Origin: the human T2T-CHM13v2.0 reference genome, Homo sapiens
Strand: one strand, 5' to 3'
NCBI RefSeq assembly: GCF_009914755.1
Contig: NC_060925.1
Length of the DNA stretch: 64,000 nt
The first letter of the stretch is position 1; each line of letters begins with the position of its first letter. The translations under genes and the position numbers were made by a program. The notes beneath the pieces were generated by a model. It saw only the letters and a program-made list of their open reading frames with translations, searched no databases and was not told the DNA's origin. Positions 57,901 through 64,000 of the stretch are shown here, piece after piece.

Positions 57901-60900
57901 GGAGTCATCATCTAATGCAATTGCATGGAATCATCATCAAATGGAATCGAATGGAATCAACATCAAATGGAATCTAATGGAATCATTGAACAGAATTGAA
58001 TGGAATCGTCATCGAATGAATTGACTGCAATCATCGAATGGTCTCGAATGGAATCATCTTCAAATGGAATGGAATGGAATCATCGCATAGAATCGAATGG
58101 AATTATCATCGAATGGAATCGAATGGAATCAACATCAAACGGAAAAAAACGGAATTATCGAATGGAATCGAAGAGAATCATCGAATGGACCCGAATGGAA
58201 TCATCTAATGGAATGGAATGGAATAATCCATGGACTCGAATGCAATCATCATCGAATGGAATCGAATGGAATCATCGAGTGGACTCGAATGGAATAATCA
58301 TTGAACGGAATCGAATGGAATCATCATCGGATGGAAATGAATGGAATCATCATCGAATGGAATCGAATAGAATTATGGAATGAAATCCAGTGTGATCATC
58401 ATCGAATGGACCCGAATGGAATCATCATCCAACGGAAGCTAATGGAATCAACATCGAATGAATCAAATGGAAACACCATCGAATTGAAACGAATGGAATT
58501 ATCATGAAATTGAAATGGATGGACTCATCATCGAATGGATTCGAATGGAATCATCGAATAAAATTGATTGAAATCATCATCGAATGGAATCGAATGGTAT
58601 CATTGAATGGAATCGAATGGAATCATCATCAGATGGAAATGAATGGAATCGTCATAGAATGGAATCGAATGGATTCATTGAATGGAATCAGATGGAATCA
58701 TCGAATGGACTGGAATGGAATCATTGAATGGACTCGAAAGGGATCATGATTGAATGGAATTGAATGGAATCATCGAATGGTCTCGATTGGAATCATTATC
58801 AAATGGAATCGAATGGAATCACCGAATAGAATCGAATGGAACAATCATCGAATGGACTCAAATGGAATTATCCTCCAATGGAATCGAATGGAATTATCGA
58901 ATGCAATCGAATGGAATTATCGAATGCAATCGAATAGAATCATCGAATGGACTCGAATGGAATCATCGAATGGAATGGAATGGAACAGTCAATGAACTCG
59001 AATGGAATCATCATTGAATGGAATCGAATGGAATCATCAAGTGGAATCGAATGGAATTATGATCAAATGGAATCGAATCTAATCATCATCAAATGGAATC
59101 AAAAATAACCATCATCAATTGGTATTGAATGGAAATGTCATCAAATGGAATTCAAAGGAATCATCATCAAATGGAACCGAATGGAATCCTCATTGAATGG
59201 AAATGAAAGGGGTCATCATCTAATGGAATCGCATGGAATCATCATCAAATGGAATCGAATGGAATCATCATCAAATGGAATCTAATGGAATCATTGAACA
59301 GAATTGAATGGAATCGTCATCGAATGAATTGAATGCAATCATCGAATGGTCTCGAATGGAATCATCTTCTAATGGAAAGGAATGGAATCATCGCATAGAA
59401 TCGAATGGAATTATCATCGAATGGAATCGAATGGTATCAACACCAAACGGAAAAAAACGGAATTATCGAATGGAATCGAAGAGAATCTTCGAACGGACCC
59501 GAATGGAATCATCTAATGGAATGGAATGGAATAATCCATGGACTCGAATGCAATCATCATCGAATGGAATCGAATGGAATCATCGAATGGACTCGAATGG
59601 AATAATCATTGAACGGAATCGAATGGAATCATCATCGGATGGAAACGAATGGAATCATCATCGAATGGAAATGAAAGGAGTCATCATCTAATGGAATTGC
59701 ATGGAATCATCATAAAATGGAATCGAATGGAATCAACATCAAATGGAATCAAATGGAATCATTGAACGGAATTGAATGGAATCGTCATCGAATGAATTGA
59801 CTGCAATCATCGAATGGTCTCGAATGGAATCATCTTCAAATGGAATGGAATGGAATCATCGCATAGAATCGAATGGAATTATCATCGAATGGAATGGAAT
59901 GGAATCAACATCAAACGGAAAAAAACGGAATTATCGAATGGAATCGAAGAGAATCATCGAATGGACCCGAATGGAATCATCTAATGGAATGGAATGGAAT
60001 AATCCATGGACTCGAATGCAATCATCATCCAATGGAATCGAATGGAATCATCGAATGGACTCGAATGGAATAATCATTGAACGGAATCGAATGGAATCAT
60101 CATCGGATGGAAATGAATGGAATCATCATCGAATGGAATCGAATAGAATTATGGAATGAAATCCAGTGTGATCATCATCGAATGGACCCGAATGGAATCA
60201 TCATCCAACGGAAGCTAATGGAATCAACATCGAATGAATCGAATGGAAACACCATCGAATTGAAACGAATGGAATTATCATGAAATTGAAATGGATGGAC
60301 TCATCATCGAATGGATTCGAATGGAATCATCGAATAAAATTGATTGAAATCATCATCGAATGGAATCGAATGGTATCATTGAATGGAATCGAATGGAATC
60401 ATAATCAGATGGAAATGAATGGAATCGTCATAGAATGGAATCGAATGGATTCATTGAATGGAATCAGATGGAATCATCGAATGGACTGGAATGGAATCAT
60501 TGAATGGACTTGAAAGTGATCATGATTGAATGGAATTGAATGGAATCATCGAATGGTCTCGATTGGAATCATTATCAAATGGAATCGAATGGAATCACCG
60601 AATAGAATCGAATGGAACAATCATCGAATGGACTCAAATGGAATTATCCTCAAATGGAATCGAATGGAATTATCGAATGCAATCGAATGGAATTATCGAA
60701 TGCAATCGAATAGAATCATCGAATGGACTCGAATGGAATCATCGAATGGAATGGAATGGAACAGTCAATGAACACGAATGGAATCATCATTGAATGGAAT
60801 CGAATGGAATCATCGAGTGGAATCGAATGGAATTATGATCAAATGGAATCGAATGTAATCATCATCAAATGGAATCAAAAATAACCATCATCAATTGGTA

Positions 60901-63900
60901 TTGAATGGAATTGTCATCAAATGGAATTCAAAGGAATCATCATCAAATGGAACCGAATGGAATCCTCATTGAATGGAAATGAAAGGGGTCATCATCTTAT
61001 GGAATCGCATGGAATCATCATCAAATGGAATCGAATGGAATCATCATCAAATGGAATCTAATGGAATCATTGAACAGAATTGAATGGAATCGTCATCGAA
61101 TGAATTGAATGCAATCATCGAATGGTCTCGAATGGAATCATCTTCTAATGGAAAGGAATGGAATCATCGCATAGAATCGAATGGAATTATCATCGAATGG
61201 AATCGAATGGTATCAACACCAAACGGAAAAAAACGGAATTATCGAATGGAATCGAAGAGAATCTTCGAACGGACCCGAATGGAATCATCTAATGGAATGG
61301 AATGGAATAATCCATGGACTCGAATGCAATCATCATCGAATGGAATCGAATGGAATCATCGAATGGACTCGAATGGAATAATCATTGAAAGGAATCGAAT
61401 GGAATCATCATCGGATGGAAACGAATGGAATCATCATCGAATGGAAATGAAAGGAGTCATCATCTAATGCAATTGCATGGAATCATCATCAAATGGAATC
61501 GAATGGAATCAACATCAAATGGAATCTAATGGAATCATTGAACAGAATTGAATGGAATCGTCATCGAATGAATTGACTGCAATCATCGAATGGTCTCGAA
61601 TGGAATCATCTTCAAATGGAATGGAATGGAATCATCGCATAGAATCGAATGGAATTATCATCGAATGGAATCGAATGGAATCAACATCAAACGGAAAAAA
61701 ACGGAATTATCGAATGGAATCGAAGAGAATCATCGAATGGACCCGAATGGAATCATCTAATGGAATGGAATGGAATAATCCATGGACTCGAATGCAATCA
61801 TCATCGAATGGAATCGAATGGAATCATCGAGTGGACTCGAATGGAATAATCATTGAACGGAATCGAATGGAATCATCATCGGATGGAAATGAATGGAATC
61901 ATCATCGAATGGAATCGAATAGAATTATGGAATTAAATCCAGTGTGATCATCATCGAATGGACCCGAATGGAATCATCATCCAACGGAAGCTAATGGAAT
62001 CAACATCGAATGAATCAAATGGAAACACCATCGAATTGAAACGAATGGAATTATCATGAAATTGAAATGGATGGACTCATCATCGAATGGATTCGAATGG
62101 AATCATCGAATAAAATTGATTGAAATCATCATCGAATGGAATCGAATGGTATCATTGAATGGAATCGAATGGAATCATCATCAGATGGAAATGAATGGAA
62201 TCGTCATAGAATGGAATCGAATGGATTCATTGAATGGAATCAGATGGAATCATCGAATGGACTGGAATGGAATCATTGAATGGACTCGAAAGGGATCATG
62301 ATTGAATGGAATTGAATGGAATCATCGAATGGTCTCGATTGGAATCATTATCAAATGGAATCGAATGGAATCACCGAATAGAATCGAATGGAACAATCAT
62401 CGAATGGACTCAAATGGAATTATCCTCAAATGGAATCGAATGGAATTATCGAATGCAATCGAATGGAATTATCGAATGCAATCGAATAGAATCATCGAAT
62501 GGACTCGAATGGAATCATCGAATGGAATGGAATGGAACAGTCAATGAACTCGAATGGAATCATCATTGAATGGAATCGAATGGAATCATCGAGTGGAATC
62601 GAATGGAATTATGATCAAATGGAATCGAATGTAATCATCATCAAATGGAATCAAAAATAACCATCATCAATTGGTATTGAATGGAATTGTCATCAAATGG
62701 AATTCAAAGGAATCATCATCAAATGGAACCGAATGGAATCCTCATTGAATGGAAATGAAAGGGGTCATCATCTAATGGAATCGCATGGAATCATCATCAA
62801 ATGGAATCGAATGGAATCATCATCAAATGGAATCTAATGGAATCATTGAACAGAATTGAATGGAATCGTCATCGAATGAATTGAATGCAATCATCGAATG
62901 GTCTCGAATGGAATCATCTTCTAATGGAAAGGAATGGAATCATCGCATAGAATCGAATGGAATTATCATCGAATGGAATCGAATGGTATCAACACCAAAC
63001 GGAAAAAAACGGAATTATCGAATGGAATCGAAGAGAATCTTCGAACGGACCCGAATGGAATCATCTAATGGAATGGAATGGAATAATCCATGGACTCGAA
63101 TGCAATCATCATCGAATGGAATCGAATGGAATCATCGAATGGACTCGAATGGAATAATCATTGAACGGAATCGAATGGAATCATCATCGGATGGAAACGA
63201 ATGGAATCATCATCGAATGGAAATGAAAGGAGTCATCATCTAATGGAATTGCATGGAATCATCATAAAATGGAATCGAATGGAATCAACATCAAATCGAA
63301 TCAAACGGAATCATTGAACGGAATTGAATGGAATCGTCATCGAATGAATTGACTGCAATCATCGAATGGTCTCGAATGGAATCATCTTCAAATGGAATGG
63401 AATGGAATCATCGCATAGAATCGAATGGAATTATCACCGAAAGCAATTGAATGGAATCAACATCAAACGGAAAAAAACGGAATTATCGAATGGAATCGAA
63501 GAGAATCATCGAATGGACCCGAATGGAATCATCTAATGGAATGGAATGGAATAATCCATGGACTCGAATGCAATCATCATCGAATGGAATCGAATGGAAT
63601 CATCGAATGAACTCGAATGGAATCATCATTGAATGGAATCGAATGGAATCATCGAGTGGAATCGAATGGAATTATGATCAAATGGAATCGAATGTAATCA
63701 TCATCAAATGGAATCAAAAATAACCATCATCAATTGGTATTCAATGGAATTGTCATCAAATGGAATTCAAAGGAATCATCATCAAATGGAACCGAATGGA
63801 ATCCTCATTGAATGGAAATGAAAGGGGTCATCATCTAAAGGAATCACATGGAATCATCATCAAATGGAATCGAATGGAATCTTCATCAAATGGAATCTAA

Positions 63901-64000
63901 TGGAATCATTGAACAGAATTGAATGGAATCGTCATCGAATGAATTGAATGCAATCATCGAATGGTCTCGAATGGAATCATCTTCTAATGGAAAGGAATGG
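45931..64000 (+). repeat. Local higher-order repeat of X (1,776) + Y (1,776) + Z (1,063) monomers, arranged XYZZ-XYZ-XY-XYZ
   Basis: X markers (CATAATCAG, GGACTTGAAAG) are in units 46232, 51910, 56525 and 60077. The Y-associated marker ATCGAGTGGACTC is at ~47985, ~53662, ~58277 and ~61830. X-to-X spacings are 5678, 4615 and 3552. Confidence 0.82.
49483..51608 (+). repeat. Two tandem 1,063-bp truncated monomers (713-bp deletion); same junction also at ~55440 and ~63607
   Basis: The fusion pseudo-ORF '...HRMNSNGIIIEWNRMESSSGIEWNYDQ' starts at 49483, 50546 and 55161 and ends at 63723 in a fourth copy. Junction ATCATCGAATG|AACTCGAATGG at ~49762, ~50825, ~55440 and ~63607. Confidence 0.9.

Larger units (their letters stand above)
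1..64000 (+). repeat. Human satellite II (HSat2/HSATII) pericentromeric tandem array, GGAAT-rich strand on +; 1.77-kb chromosome 1q12-type family (HSat2A-like)
   Basis: Every line consists of GAATG/GAATC pentamers plus ATC triplets (GAATGGAATCGAATGGAATCATCATC), with very frequent TCGA. This fits HSat2 rather than the purer (GGAAT)n of HSat3. The landmark TCCAGTGTGA and the ORF 'MNGIEW...EIQCDHH' recur at exact 1,776-bp steps (35576, 37352, 39128; 42680, 44456, 46232; 56525, 58301, 60077). One GAATTC per monomer (GGAATTCAAAGG) agrees with the known 1.77-kb EcoRI chr1 satellite. The chromosome assignment is an inference from unit length. Confidence 0.97.

Noticed and set aside
26-63723. Hundreds of 60-163 aa ORFs (MEWN/GIIE/ESS-rich), all on the + strand
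   Set aside because: They are translations of (GGAAT)n-derived repeats, overlap in all three frames, and open or close at random with SNVs. They have no domain-like content and no sign of coding constraint.
1-64000. CRISPR-like or other prokaryotic repeat-spacer array
   Set aside because: There are no unique spacers, no constant repeat separated by unrelated sequence, and no cas or other genes.
1-64000. HSat3 (e.g. DYZ1, chr9) or alpha satellite
   Set aside because: Pure GGAAT runs are only 3-4 units long, TCGA/ATCATC motifs dominate and the period is 1,776 bp. There is no 171-bp alphoid monomer or CENP-B box.
1-64000. Embedded transposon, unique island or strand inversion
   Set aside because: Reading through, I saw no Alu/L1 sequence, poly-A tail, non-satellite segment or switch to CATTC orientation. 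A very short insert could have been missed by eye.

Overview
The whole 64 kb is one uninterrupted, single-orientation array of human-type classical satellite II (HSat2/HSATII). It is built from diverged (GGAAT)n pentamers with dense TCGA motifs, e.g. GAATGGAATCGAATGGAATCATCATC. The dominant monomer is 1,776 bp, contains an internal pair of ~468-bp subrepeats, and normally has one EcoRI site. This matches the 1.77-kb chromosome 1q12 satellite (pUC1.77/D1Z1-type, HSat2A). I see no genes, RNA genes, transposons, CRISPR arrays or unique sequence, and the ORFs are translation artefacts of the repeat. I found no new gene system. What is worth noting is the array architecture: (i) an ~18.7-kb tandem duplication whose second copy is 3,526 bp shorter, (ii) an apparently emerging ~4.6-kb higher-order repeat (X-Y-Z) on the right, (iii) several structural-variant monomers with readable junctions, and (iv) a shift from heterogeneous monomers on the left to homogeneous ones on the right. 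All offsets come from ORF-track landmarks and hand-read variant markers, so breakpoints are approximate.
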